This document shows, one piece after another, positions 22,041 through 35,853 of a stretch of 60,000 nt of DNA (position 1 is the first letter of the stretch; the number at the start of each line of letters is the position of its first letter). Source of the DNA: Mobula hypostoma (Eukaryota); contig NC_086097.1 of NCBI RefSeq assembly GCF_963921235.1, positions 71,178,001 to 71,238,000 on the forward strand, given 5' to 3'. The notes under the pieces are model-generated. The model was given only the letters and a program-made list of their open reading frames with translations. It made no database searches and was not told where the DNA came from. A program made the translations under genes and the position numbers.

Positions 22041-24609
22041 TCAGTGATTGATTTTGGCCAGCAACTTTTAATGTTGCATCCCTCAAAGGACATTTTTGAC
22101 AGTGCAAAAGCACATTTTAAATGTGAAACGACATCAGTTATTCTTTCAGTCAGGAAGCATTTTCATTCGCTGATCTTCACACCCAGGATGTGCACACACC
22201 GGCAATGAAATAGCTATGGTATACTTTGTGAAAAAAGTATATGTTTTAAAAGGAACAAATCTCATCCTGTTACCCTCTGCCTACATAATAATTTCTTTAA
22301 AAAAACAAATTAAGTTCCTGAACAAGTGTTTTGAATGTGTTTGACAGAATGATATTTATAAGGGACTGAAGAAACTGCATAAGACTGTGGAGAACACAGT
22401 CATATTCTCACCTTCTGGTGAATGATGCAGAAAAAAATACTTCCCCTCCTGTCAAACATATACAAAATGGTTCAGAGTCAGAATCAGTCATTAAACTTTG
22501 TAATTCTCTTGCACTGTGTCAACTGGTTGGTGGCCAAGTTTTCAAAACAGAAAGAAATTTCATTGACATAAGATCTAATGCAATTGGTACTTTAATGTAG
22601 CGTTGAGTTCTCAATTTTTGCTTGTTTATTAAATGAAGTAAAAGAGAATTTGGTTGCTTCATTGAAAATATATTTTAAAGCTAAATATCCACATTTAAAA
22701 CAATGCAAATTAAATAAATGCATCATAAATGATTTAACTGAAAGCATTGCAGCCAAGCAGTTAGTAAGAGCAAGAAGAAACAGAAATAGAACTGATGGCA
22801 TACTTAATTATTATAATGTGGCCAATCTTAATGTAAGCACAATCTTAAACCATCTGAATTCTGGGCATGAACGCCGTACAATTCTTCAACCTAATTAATG
22901 GTTAGAAAATGATGTCCAGTGCATGCTGAGACTTCCATTGTGAACTAGTAAGTGAAACTCCCCACAAGGTGTGCAAAGTCCCAGAAAATTACTTGTATGT
23001 TTAGTCTGCTTCAGCAAGCATCTTAAAAATTGTAATAATGCTCACAATCGTACAATTTTTGATGCAGAAAAAGCACAAGGCAAAATAGATGACAAATCAA
23101 AGATGGGAAAATTAGCTGGTTTCAGTAATAGACTTGGTTAGTTTGTTTTGCAGAAGGGTTGCAAGCAAGGAGAGGGGAAATTGCAGAGCATTGGTCCCAG
23201 TGGCCCAGTGAAGGTTATAGTCAGATCATTCATGATTTTAGTAAATGTGATGGTCAGCCTCAAGCAGTTGAGTGGCCCACTTCAGGTTGTAAGTTAAATG
23301 TTTACACGTTCTATAACTTAATCCCAAAGTATGCATGGAAGCTCTGGATCCCAAAGCTACAAACAGTGTATTCAGGCATCAGCAGGTCCTTAACATCATA
23401 ACCCCCCACCCCCTGCCCCCCCCCACCAGCTCCCTCAAACCCACTGTTGTTGTTAGTATTGTTTCTAAACCAATGTTAATCTGCCCTTTCTCTTACTTTG
23501 GGATCTATTGATCTGAACTGCAAGTTCCCAGCACTTTTCATTTACTTCTTTTGAACCATTAGAAAATAGAAAAAAAAATGGCTCACAGTATCCAAAAAGT
23601 TGAAATCAAAATAAATAAAAGACACAATAAAACAAAATAAAAGATGACATTTAAATCTTACAGAGTAGGACTGGTACCAGGTTTACCACAATGTTGGCAC
23701 TAGCGCAATAAAGAGTTCAATGCTAACACCAATGGCATGGTAGAACTACAACAGTAGAAAATTCACAAGTGTAATTGTTCTATCAGCAGCATGAACTTAT
23801 TTCTCATACATAATAGCACAGTACTGTGGTCTACATCTCTGAGCTGATACACAGTGAGGCCAAAGTAATATATTTTACTTTTCTGCCAAGCTAGAAAGAT
23901 TGTAAATGTAGCAAAAACGGATCAAAATAAAATTGACAATTCAACAACTTACCTTCACTGAAAAATGGGCACTCTCCTATGATAACTCAAATTTGTAGAT
24001 ACACCTAAAATCCCATTACATAATTTTGTAAGCACAACTTTATAGAAAAACAGCTCATATGTGGCTGATCATAAAATCATGGCACGTGGGAAGTCTGCTG
24101 GTTCATAATCACTGGTAGTTCAGTGTAATATGGTGGAAATGTATTCTGTTACTAAAATATAAATGTTAAACAGAGGTTATACTTTAAACTGCTTCATTGA
24201 CATTCATAAACATCTTGGAACTGTGAATGAAAGTCTCCCACTCTTAAATTGTTTTAAAGTTATTTATGCAATTTCACCAGTGGTAATGAGACCTTTAAGA
24301 ACAAAATACTGCACCACACATTCTTTCCCCTGGACTCCCACTGCCTCTCTTCCCCTACCTGTTGCCCACCAATTTCAATCCATTCTTGGCACCACTCTAG
24401 GTAATAACACTCTGCTCAGTTGGCTCCATTGAGTATTACACATTGTGTTTTATTTCTTTTGCATGCACCAGTATTATTTCAATTATCCATTGAAGTCGAA
24501 GGGCACTGTTTAAAAGGACAGCTATTTCTACTTGTCACATAATAACTTTGTGCTGGTCTGGCCAAGGGCCAATTATGCAATAAACCAGCTCCAAGGCTGT
24601 TTACAAGAA

Positions 24610-24697
24610 AGGGATGAGCAGACTCTATTTTCTAAGGAAGCTGAGATCCTTCAATGTGTGCAGCAGGATGTTGGAGAACTTTAACCAGTCTGTTGTA
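24610..24697 (+). mobile_element. Rex1/Babar LINE fragment
   Basis: Translates as SRLYFLRKLRSFNVCSRMLE. Confidence 0.65.
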
Positions 24698-24699
24698 AT

Positions 24700-25846
24700 A
24701 TGGATTTTATTATGACTTTGACAGGGCTCACCATGCTAGGCTCATTCAGAAAGTCAGGAGGCATTTGATCCAGGGAAACTTGACTGCATTGTTTCAAAAC
24801 TGGCTTGCCTACTGAAGGCAGAGGGTGGAAGTAAATGGAGTGTATATTGCCTGGATATGATTGACTCGTGGTGTTCTATAGCGATCATTTCTGGGACCCT
24901 ACACATCATTTTTTTATAAATGACTTGAACAAGGAAGTGGAAAGATGACAGATGACACAAAGGTTGGTGGTGTTGTGGATAGTGTAGAAGGTTGTTGTAT
25001 GATACAACGGGATATTGATAGGATGCAGAGCTGGGCTGAGAAGTGGCAGATGGAGTTCAATCCAGAAACATGTGAAGTAATTCATTTTGGAAGGTCAAAC
25101 TTTAATGAGGAGTACAAGGTTAATGACAGGATTCCTGACAGTGTGGAGGAACAGAAGGATCTTGGGGTCCACATCCATATATTCTTCAATGTTGTAGTGC
25201 AAGTTGTTAGGGTGTTAAGAAGGTATATGTTCTGCTGGCCTTCATTAGTCAGGGGATAGATTTCAAGAGCTGCGAATTAACGTCACTGCTGTATAAAACT
25301 CTGGGTAGATCACACATGGAGCACTGTGTTCAGTTCTGGTTGCCCCATTATAGGAAGGATGTGAAAATTTTAGAAAGGGCGCAAAAGAGATTTACAAAGA
25401 TACTGCTTGGATTAGAGAGCATGTCTTAAGAAGATCAGCTGAGACTTCGAAGATCAGCTAGGACTTTACTTTTTGGAGAAAAGGAAGATGAAGCATGACA
25501 TGATAGAGTTGTTAAAGATGAAAAGAGGTATAGATAGTGTGGACAGTCAGAGACTTCCCAGGGCAGAAATGGCTAAAGCAAGGGGGCATAACTTTAAGGC
25601 GTTTGGAGTAAAGTATGGGGAGGATATCAGAAGTAGGTTATCTAAGTTGTTCTTGGAATGTGCTGTCAGGGGAGGTGGTAGTGGCAGATACATTAGGGAC
25701 ATTTAAGAAGCTCTTAGATAGGCACATGGATGTGGAGAGCTCTGTGGGAGGGAGGGGTTAGGTTGATGGCAGAGTTAATTAAAGGGTCAGCACAAGCAGT
25801 GGACCAAAGAGCCTGTACTGTGCTGTGATGTTCTATGTCCTATGTT
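24700..25846 (+). mobile_element. CR1 LINE 3' fragment
   Basis: DDTKVGG..WAEKWQMEFN..CEVIHFG; HCVQFW; tail TTCTATGTCCTATGT. Confidence 0.9.
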
Positions 25847-26169
25847 AAGACAGTTTTCATCTTCTCCCAGATGCATCTCCATCATGTGAGTAATCTTTGC
25901 CACTTAAAGAGCTCTTGTCCAAGTTAGTGGGATTTTTTTCTAAAGCAGGTTTACTGGAAAGTAACACAGATATGTGGACATTGCTCATCCCATAAACAAA
26001 ATTTCTCGGCATAAAACAGGTGACACTGAACAGATGCAGTACTTTATGCCATCTCATTATCATTAAACCTTTAATATCAATCCAGTTCACTACCTTATGA
26101 GCTTCTACCCTTTAGAATTAGTTTAGATTGTCCTATAATTTCAGCCAACCATTATTACATATAATAAGG

Positions 26170-26390
26170 CCATAAGACCATAGAGATAGGAGCAGAATTA
26201 GGCCATTCAGCCCATCGAGTCTGCTCTGCCATTCCATCATGGTTGACTTATTATCCTTCTCAACCCCATTCTCCCGCCTTCTCCCCATGACCTTTGATGT
26301 CCTGACTTATCAAGAAGCTATCGCACTTTGCTTTAAATATAGCCAATGACTTGGCCTCCACAGCCATCTGTGGCAATGAATTGCACAGAT
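26170..26390 (-). mobile_element. CR1 LINE 3' end
   Basis: CCATAAGACCATAG..GGCCATTCAGCCCATCGAGTCTGCTC, the reverse complement of the CR1 ends at 21.2-21.4 and 42.3-42.5 kb. Confidence 0.85.
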
Positions 26391-27319
26391 AATCTTCCAC
26401 CATTGCCAACTAAAAAAACTTTGGATTAGTACCTGCAGGCTTTTGACACAGGAAACTGCACATCAGTGACAGAGAATGCAGATGGAACTGTGTGCAAATG
26501 TATGTGTGAGCTCTGCATTTCAAAAATAGTGTGCTGATGATGGAAGCAACTAGAACAGTTTTTAGTTCAATGTGTGCATATACAGTATATCCTCTTTTTC
26601 TCTGATTTTGCAGACTGCTTGGTATCAATTCCGCCTTTAAACTGCTAAAGCCTTACAACAAAGCTACACTTTCCAAAGTGCAAGGTTTTTCACTTGCTTT
26701 TCTACGCTGCTCAAGGATATTTGAAAGGTCAGGATACTGCTTTCGGGGAAAGCACCAGCACCTAATCCATTAAGAGCAATTCAGAACAAAATAAACAAAC
26801 AAAGCTTTAACCACTCCAGTGACAACAGAGCTGAACAAACAAGCAATTTCCATAGAAAATCCCATCAATTTCAGGATCAATAGTCCTCAAGACTGATCTC
26901 TTAAGTGATGAAAGCTAGAAAATCTCTGTTGTGTGGACTTTAACACTTCTATTTACAATTAGGACACTGGCTCAGATCATAAGCTCTGTTGGTAAGGCTC
27001 ACTTGGCCATAAACATAAGAAAGTCAACTTAAAGCTTAAAAGCCTGAGGGTTCAGCTCTCTGCTTTCTGTCTTACACATCTCATCAGTGAATATCCTGAC
27101 AATCAGAGACAACAAAGCTTAATATTAAACGGAGAAACAGAGTTTGAACATATGCTCAGTCTTCATTATCCTCATTGTGTTCTCTCACAGAAGTAAAGCA
27201 ATTTATTGATGAAGCCTTCAAAGGAAACATATGTGATTGTTCTGCAGTAATAACAGAACAATCTCTTGACTATTCAGGACCAGGTAAAATCGAATATAAT
27301 GTGAAAACTAAATAACATA

Positions 27320-27430
27320 GGCACTAGAAATTTGAACCAAGTGCAGAAAATGGCAGAAAAACTCAAGAGGTCAGATAGCATCTGTAGAGAGAGAAACTGA
27401 TTTAAAATTTCTACCTGGTGACTTTTTTAC
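27320..27430 (-). mobile_element. Degenerate PLE pseudo-LTR fragment
   Basis: AAACTCAAGAGGTCAGATAGCATCTGTAGAGAGAGAAAC similarity to the other pLTR copies. Confidence 0.5.
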
Positions 27431-27764
27431 CATTCTCAAAAATCTCTGAAATATTACTGTTTTAGAGAAACTTTAAAATGCACTTACTGAAGTCCTCTTC
27501 CGTAATAAATAAAGTTTCAACAACTCATGGGTTGAAGTTAGTGGTGAGTGCTTTAGGATTAGATTGAATTTTTTTTTAACTTTGTAAATTCCTGTAAAAG
27601 AACCCTGAGAATGTAATGATGTCTTTACCTGTCTGTGATGATTAAATTGGAAAAGGAAGATTCTCCCACACAAGATGATCCAAACTCTACCCCTTCTTCT
27701 CACATGATTAGTCATGCATGATCTTACTACATCTGGGTGATCATAATGCTTCTATTTACCTAGT

Positions 27765-28370
27765 GCCTCTACCTCCTTAGAAGGCTAAAGAAGTTTGGCA
27801 TGTCCTCTTTGACCCTCACCTATTTTTTTTTATCAATGATCATTGTTAAGTATTTGTCTGGATGCACTGCAACTTTTTCTGGCAACTACTCTGCCTGAGA
27901 CCACAAAAAAAACTGCAGGGAGTTGTGGCCACTGCTCTGCATATCATGGAAACTAACATCTCCCTGTGGACTCTATCCACACTTCTTGCTGCTTCAGTAA
28001 AGCAGCTAACATAACCAAAGACCTAACCCACACCAGACTCTCTTCTGTCCCCTCCCATTGGGCAGAAGATATCAAAGCCTAAAAGCACATACCATCAGGC
28101 TCAAGACCAACTTTTACCTTACTTTTATAAGACTATTGTGCCAACAATGGATTCTTGAACTCACAATCTACCTCGTTATGGCCTTGTACCTTATTGAGTG
28201 CCTGCACTGCATGTTTCTTGCAACAGTAATGCTTTATCTTTCATTGTTATTGTTTTCCCTTGTACTACCTCAATGTGCTGTTGTGATAAATTATCAGAAA
28301 AGATGGCATGCAAAACAAAGTTTTTCCTGAACCTTGGCACATGTGACAAGAATAAACCAATCTACCAATT
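27765..28370 (+). mobile_element. Rex1/Babar LINE 3' fragment, decayed
   Basis: RRLKKFGM.., GRRYQSLKAHTIRLKTNFY motifs; AATAAA tail. Confidence 0.8.
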
Positions 28371-28614
28371 TACTTTAAAGTAATAATTGCTATTATATAT
28401 GACCAAAACTATTGCCATGGGATAAGCAATATTCATTTTCTTTTATCATTCAATGATATTGCTTGGGAACCAGTACAGATCAGCATTTATGCAGGCAAAA
28501 TATGTTCAAATATGATACTTGGATTTGGGTTTTGTGTTAAAAGATTATGAATTTTTTTGTTTTGATGTGATGATTGATGCCAAATACGTTGTATAAGGAA
28601 GAAGGGTAGGTGTA

Positions 28615-28779
28615 ATAAGCTGTAGATTCAGCCTACACCCTTTCGGTCTGTTTTAAAGAATATCTATTTTTTTTGTTGTAATTTTGTCCTATGAAATCAT
28701 CGTTGAAAATGATGCTTTTTGTCATGTTTGTACTGACCGAAATAAATTTCATTCATTCATTCATTCATTCGTTCATTCA
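28615..28779 (+). mobile_element. L2-type LINE/SINE 3' end with (CATT)n tail
   Basis: AATAAA followed by (TTCA)n. Confidence 0.55.
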
Positions 28780-29579
28780 AAATATGATAACCTGAGGATG
28801 AAGCCTCAGGCAGTAGAGGTTAGGATGAGTTGAAGTTTATGGAGACTTTGGGAGACCAGCCTAGGATACTTAGAAGATAACTGAATGGCCAAATTCATTC
28901 ACAACAAAGGTCTGAAAGCCAATTTCAGCACCAGAATTGTTGGGTAAGGCTGCAACCAGATAATGTTTTGGAGGTGGATGTTGGAATTCATAACGATCAT
29001 GATAATAATATGGTCAGAAACTCTGCTTTCTGGAGTCAAACAAGTAACTGTTGTTGCAAAGACACTGATTTAGTTTTAGGCAGTTGTGGGGGAGGGAGGG
29101 TTTGGAAAGGAAACAGAGTTTGAGATGAAGACTAATGGTAACATTTTTGGGGTTCTCAAAATTTAGCCGAAGGAACTTTCTGTCAGGCAGCAATGTCTGT
29201 GAGGTAGGCAGCCTGTCAATATGGAGAGAATAGAAACCTGGTGGTAAAGTAACATTCAGTATTATGCTGCAATTTTAGATAATGTTCTGAAGGGGCTGCC
29301 TGAGAGGTGGGTGGGATCATGTGTGGATTCCTGTTGGCTTCCAGTGTAATGGAACAGGAGTTAGATGAGAAGATGTTGTGACTTAATTCCCTGCTTCTAT
29401 ATCCAGCCAGACAGTGGTGGAAATGTCTTTGGATATGATAGTCAATCAGTTCATAATCTGTAGGCTGGTCAGGAAATAGAATAACACAATCATGTCTTTG
29501 TAAATCTACTCACACCCACACACATCAATCTTGAACATAATATTTAAAATATGGTCTAATGAGCACTGTAGAATTAATG

Positions 29580-30090
29580 TTATAGAGACACAGAATTAAC
29601 TAGCACTGAAACATTTCAGTTTAACACTTCTGCTCAAAGATTCCATGCCTCAGTTAATAATCCCTTATGCCACTTTAATCATCTTACTGATCTATCCTTC
29701 TCCCTTTAAGGATCTGTGGACATATTCTCCAAGTTCCCTCTGTTTCTCCACACTACTCAATATCTTGCAAATTATTGTTCTTTCCTGTGTTGTTTAACCT
29801 CCCAACATTTGTTACCTCACACTTTCCTACTAAAATTCTATTTGTTGAGTTTTTGCTCAGCTGACTGTATTATCTCTCTTTTTTCTGTAGCCTCAAGTTT
29901 TCCTTCTCATAGTCAATCATATGGTCAAATTTTCCATCATCGGCACAATCATTAATACATGCAAATAAAAAGTAAGGGGCCATATGCCACTGGAACTACA
30001 ATATTTACAGACTGCCAGTTTGAAAAACAACCATCAACTATTATCCCTTGCTTCCTGCCACTGATCATTTTTGGAACCCATTTGCCTCTC
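29580..30090 (-). mobile_element. Very old CR1-like RT remnant
   Basis: Weak reverse-complement similarity to the CR1 RT region (ACTGCCAGTTTGAAAAACAACCATCAACTATTATCCCTTGCTTCCTGCCA). Confidence 0.45.
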
Positions 30091-31989
30091 TCCCTTGGTC
30101 AAAACCACACTGCTTTCATTAGGAACTATTTGATATTTGAAACAAATAGACCTTAGTTTTATCAATCTCCAAAAATATTAGCAAGGAAAATTTGCATAAG
30201 ATAATGTTTCCTTTGCATTTTTGTGTGACTGACATTTATCAACACCAGATTTTTCTTACACTGCATTAGTAGTGTATTATATACATGGAAGTCACGATTA
30301 TACTCAGTGATGACTGTGTGTTACTATCTACTGACAGGCAGTCAAAAAGATTTTATTCTTCCAGTTGGATTTGTTTTTGTTGTTCCCTAGCAAGAGCATC
30401 TGTCATCAACATTCTCAGAGTTCTGTCTGACTTCCTAGACCTGTTCCCCAAATGGACAACTTCCAATTCCTTATCATCCCTACTGCCGACCCCCAGTTCA
30501 CCTCAACAGCAACTCTGCCATTGGTTCTTACTCCTGCTATTGACTGCGGTCTACAGTCCTCTTTCTCCATCTCCAGCTCTCACTGGGTCCTTCTCCAACC
30601 CCACCCCCAACCTTATTTCACTGCCCAATTGATATCTTCCTGAGCCTCCCTCTGCATTGGTGAGAGTGCACAAAATAGAGTCATTCATGCAAGTTTTCAC
30701 ATGTAGATTCTGCTTTGTCATACATGATACCTTGGGTCTCAAGGAAAACAGAACATTGCTGTCAGGGGCCTGTAGTGGACACCCGTGCATCATTTCCTTA
30801 ATGTATTTTCTGGTGTTGCACTGTTTCTTACCCAATGAGATAAAATTAATTAATGAACTAATAATGCTTTTTGTTCTTATTTCACATAATTTTGTCTAGC
30901 TAGAATGATGAGGGATTTTTTCTGTGAGACCACACTTCTTTCCATAATCAAAGTAGATCTTGATAAAGTCTTTTATCTAGAGCCCACGTTTAAAGAAAGA
31001 AAACATACATGATTCATGTTGAAATAAAATTGAAGTAAATGATTATAAATAATATATTTATTTTAAACATTTCCAAATGGAAAGCGTGTGTATTACAAGA
31101 TATGATTAGGAATATACTGATGGAATTTGCAGAGGTATAAAGCATCAATCATACAGATGAACTGATTTCAATATGCCAATTTGTAATGTTTTATGATACA
31201 TAATTAGTTATTTACAGCTTACCAGCATGAATTTAAATAGAATATTCAGAAATATCATTAACAAAGAAAGCTGTGTAAAAAAAACAATGCATTTTAAAAA
31301 CAGTCTAAGGTTAGATTTGAAGTAAAAATGCACAAATATGATAAATTCAAAGGAATCGTTCTCCAAATGTCATGTGTAATAAAGCCCTCAATGCAGATTA
31401 TTACAAGTATGAAGACATATGGAAACCAAGTGGAGTAGACAGCTGGCCTGCCATATTTCCAACATTGAGCGCTCTCCAGTCTGTACATCCTGAATATAGA
31501 AGATGTTGAAAGCTTTTCGTAAATAAATAGGACTACATTGCAACTGACACAGGTTGCTCTATATTTTGCAACTTAATGATATGAAAGGAAAAAAATCTGA
31601 TAAAGCTGATTTTTCATGTTTCAAGAGAGCTTCTACTCTTATCAGGGATTTGGAGTTCAGTCATAATTTTTAAATCTTTAATGCAAACTAACCAGTTTAT
31701 TTTAAATACTTGTTGGAACAAATGTAATCTTCCATCAAAAACAATAGGCATCACACAAATAATTCTAGAATATCTCAGAGTGAGCAGCAAAGAACACTGC
31801 ATACATCAGCTGACATTTGTTATGATGCAAAGGAACAATCTTCTATTTATAATGTTAATTCTAATACTGCAAAGCATCTCAAAATGCTTTACCGCTTTAC
31901 CAGTTCATTACCAAACAGAACTTCAAACTCACCCATATAGCGAGATGTAAGGACACATGGTCATAAACCTGGTCAAAGTGTACTTCTTA

Positions 31990-32262
31990 TAGCACAGAAT
32001 AGGCTCTTCCAGCCCGACGTGCCGTGTTGCCCAGCAACCCTCCGATTTTAACCCTGTCCTGATCATGGGACAATTTACAAAGGCTAAATAACCTACTATC
32101 CTCTGTGGCTTTGAATTGTTGGAGGAAACCAGACTCCCCGGCAAAAACCCACGCAATACACAGGGAGGATGTATAGATTCCTTACAGATGACGTTGGTAT
32201 CAAACTCTGAACTCCTACCCCCACCCCAGAGCTGTAATAGCCTTGTGCTAACTGCTACACTG
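31990..32262 (-). mobile_element. V-SINE/HE1-like SINE
   Basis: GGAGGAAACCAGACTCCCCGGCAAAAACCCACGC..ACAGGGAG V-domain; homologous to 51725-52145. Confidence 0.75.
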
Positions 32263-34545
32263 GTTCTATGGAGCATTTTAACAGGTGAACAGTTTAAGAA
32301 GGCAGTTTTAAAAGTTAGTGAGGACATATGTAAGTCTATGAGCTCCTTCCAATTCTAAATGGAAGTTAGGATGGACAAGACAGGGAAGAGAGAAAAGATA
32401 TTCAAAAACTTGATATGCTGTGAATGAACTGTCTACTTTAACAGATGAGGATGATTATGGAATTAAAAGCAGCTCTAGCAGATGAGAGCAATGCTTAATG
32501 TGATCCAGCCAGATCTGACAGATAAACAATTAACATTTAGTTTTAATACCATGTTAAAATACACTATTACAAATACCCAGTGTCAGCTCTTGCAAATGTA
32601 CAAGCAAATGTTATCTTGTCAGTAAGTTCAGCTGAAACATTCAAACCAAATAAAGCAAATTGCCTTCACTGAAATTTGTAAATGTTACCAAAGTAGGTTT
32701 TGCATTTTTTGCAACTTATTTTTAACAAAGCTAAAAGAAGCAAAAACTGGGTCTTTGATATCAGGCAGTAATATATTAGAAAGTAGGTGGAAAGTATGTA
32801 CCAACTTATTATGTACTAAACAACAGATAAGCCCTTCAGTGCTAAAAAAAAGCTGTGAATATCATCCCTCATGATAAGTTGAATGCACATTGTTGTATAA
32901 TTGTCAAACATATGGACACAATGTCTCATTAAATCAATGGGAGATCATTTGATTTCTGTGCCCCTTCTTGACAAATACAAAGGAATTCAAAACAGAAAGA
33001 AACATTTCAAAGAGAGGAACCAGCATCTAAGGTGTGGTTGCTCTCTCTGGCCCTCGAGGTAGCAGGCTTCTGAGGTGATATTGGGGAAAGTTTGATTTTT
33101 GCAAGGATACACATTAAAGGTATGATGTGCCAGTGGTGGAGGGAATAAAGATAGTGTGTTGGATGAGTGTCAATCAAGTCGACTATTTTATCCAAGAAGG
33201 TATTTTTCTCCCTATGGCTGCTTCCATCTTTACCCCAAAATTGCTACCATAATCTCTATTGATATTTGGTCAAAATGCATGACCTTCAACATGAAGGTAG
33301 CAGTTATACATTCACTTTTTACCCCTTAACATTCAATGCTTTCATATCCTTACGCAGGTCTGATTGTAAGGAAACTTTCCACTGACCCAAGCTCAGACCA
33401 GGAAATCGACATCGCTGGGTATCGATGCAAAGAGGCAAGAGTTCACTTCAATTGATTAAAACCTCAGAGTTAAGGACATTGCTGACTTTAAACACTCTAT
33501 TTGCCAATTTTGCACAGATATTGGTAACGAAAACCATCTAACAGAACTGCCTTAGCTGAAAGTTCTTTCCATTAATCATTCAAGGCACTTATAATATGGT
33601 TGGAATTGAAAGGTCAATATCAAGCGAGTTAATTTGTAGGCTGACTTACTAAAGTTTCTGTGTATAGTCTTCATATTATGTTGCAGTGCAAATCAATGTG
33701 ATAAGTGATCCAATGCTCTCAGATGCTGTATTTGTCAGTATTACCATTGATTTCCTCACAAACATCCTTTCATCACCCGATATAAACAAAGTCTTGTGTG
33801 GAATCATGCATTCGTGAGCTCATTTCACTCTGCAAAAGCTGACTTGTGACCTCTGTTGATTTGACAGAGATTAGAATAGCTCTATGATAGGGTATATTAT
33901 TTACACAATACATTTTTAGTATGCTGACAGAACAGACGGCATATTTCTTCAGTTAATCTTTGTTGTGCAGAAACCTCAGTAATTTGCTAATCTTGCATTT
34001 TGATTAAATTTTACAAAGATAATGTGATGTTTAATGAAATTGAAAATAAAAAAAAATTAAGCTGAAGGTATCCTGCTTATTTTCTTGTTTTACATATTAC
34101 AACTTGGCCAGAATGAAGATTTTGGGGTGTATAATTCTATTTAAAAATTCTGCTCTTCCATTATTCCAGTACATTACCTCAATATACCACCACCTATGTG
34201 TGTTGAGATGATTTGCAGGAATGATACTGGTTATTTTTTCAAACCCTGAGTCACCAAAGCACACCTCTCACAGGCTAGTTCCATATGTGCCTTTACTGAA
34301 TTTTTACAATACTATTCAGTCTATCAACAATTGCAAGTATGGTAGATGATCAGAGACTGAAATAGTGGAAAATATTTTCATGGTTGCTCCCATCAAAGAA
34401 CCTTATGAGCATGTTCAATCTTTATTAAACTTATCTAAAAAAAATCACGACTACATCATTAGCTGTCACCATCAGCGTGAGGATGCAGTGATTACTGTGG
34501 TCTTGTTCACTGTAATCCAGCTAACTAGATCATGCAAAAAGCTAA

Positions 34546-34960
34546 ATCAGAATCAGAATCAGGTTTATTATCACTGACATACTCTATGTTATGAAATGTT
34601 TTGTTTTGTGGCAGTAGTAGGGTGCAATACATAAAATTACTACAGTACAGTTCACAGTTCTTAGGCACCATAGCTATATTTATGTGCCTAAGACTTTTGC
34701 ACAGGCTGTAAATATAAGGAAATAAACTTTGCAAAAAGGGATTAAAATTGCGAGGTAGTATTAGTGGGGTCATGGGTCATTCTGAAATCTGATTGGAGGT
34801 GAGGAAGAAGCTGTTCCTAGAATGTTGAGCGTGTGTCTTTAGTCTCCTGTACCTCGTCTGTGGTGGTGTTAATAAGAAAAAGGCATGTTCCGGGTGGTGG
34901 GGCTCTTAATGATGGATGTTGCCTTTTTGAGGAGCTGCCTTTTTGAAGATGTCCTCGATG
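34546..34960 (-). mobile_element. Rex1/Babar LINE 3' fragment
   Basis: (AATCAG)n tail, GAAGAAGCTGTTCC..CTCCTGTACCTC..GGGTGGTGGGG..TAATGATGGATG. Confidence 0.8.
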
Positions 34961-34999
34961 ATCTTGATGGTCTCAACTGGAGTGGAGTGATTACAACAG

Positions 35000-35853
35000 T
35001 GAACCTAAAAGTCTTCCTTTTAGCGACCATTGTGCAGCTTACAATGGCGGCGGTGTGTACGCATCGCGAGGCTCAGTGTTCTAGCAGATTTTGAATAATA
35101 GTGTTAATTTATCTGCTTGTTTCCTGCGTGTTCGCTCGATTCGGCTACGCGAAATACACTTACAGCAAACAGTCACTTTTGGACATTAACTATCGATGCA
35201 CCAACAGAGTTTTGGACTATCCATTCAACTTCGACCAACTACCCCCGGAGTTAGTAAGGACACCGTGGGCCTGCATTCAACTCGCTCCGACGGGAAGGGC
35301 CCGGCGCCGGCGTCGAGACCGTAAACAAAGACAGGGGAAGCGTGGAGGTTTGCGTGCTAGGCTAAAGCTAAATCCACATTGGCCAGTGCTACCTAGCATC
35401 TTCCTCACCAATGTTCAGTGTCTGCCAGTGTGTGGTGAAAACTGCCCAGCAGATTATCGGCACCCAATTGCCCACCATTGAGAACATCTACTAGAAACGC
35501 TGCCTGGGCAGGGCGAAAAGCATTATCAGGGATATATCTCACCCTAACCTTGGTCTTTTTACTCTCCTCCCATCCGGTAGGCGCTACAGGAGCCTCCGCT
35601 CCCACACCAGCAGGCACAGGAAGAGTTTCTTCCCTGAGGCTGTGACACTGCTGAACCTCACATCACAGCGCTAAGCAGTATTGCATCCATATTGTACTGT
35701 CTTAGTACTTTTATATTTGTGTGCTGTAGCACTTTTTTTATTTGCAGTTATTTTGTAAATAACACTATTCTTTGCATTTCTGGTCAGATGCTAAGTACAC
35801 TTCTTTGGCTTTGTATCTGCACTCGGCACAAGTTGAATCTAATCTAATCTAAA
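35000..35853 (+). mobile_element. Internally deleted Rex1/Babar element (5' end fused to 3' end)
   Basis: CpG-rich leader, N-terminus YSKQSLLDI..RRRRRDRKQRQGKRGGLRARL..LPSIFLTNVQ joined at about 35422 to C-terminus VVKTAQQIIG..LLPSGRRYRSL..SFFPEAV; (AATCT)n tail. Confidence 0.85.

Noticed and set aside
23953..24004. Minus-strand 52-nt exon with perfect AAG|GTAAGT donor
   Set aside because: Stops in all three frames, weak acceptor, no other support
28800..29500. Possible ancient L2 remnant (also about 1100-1800, 33100-33200, 36100-36640, 43950-44640)
   Set aside because: Too decayed to support a family call by eye
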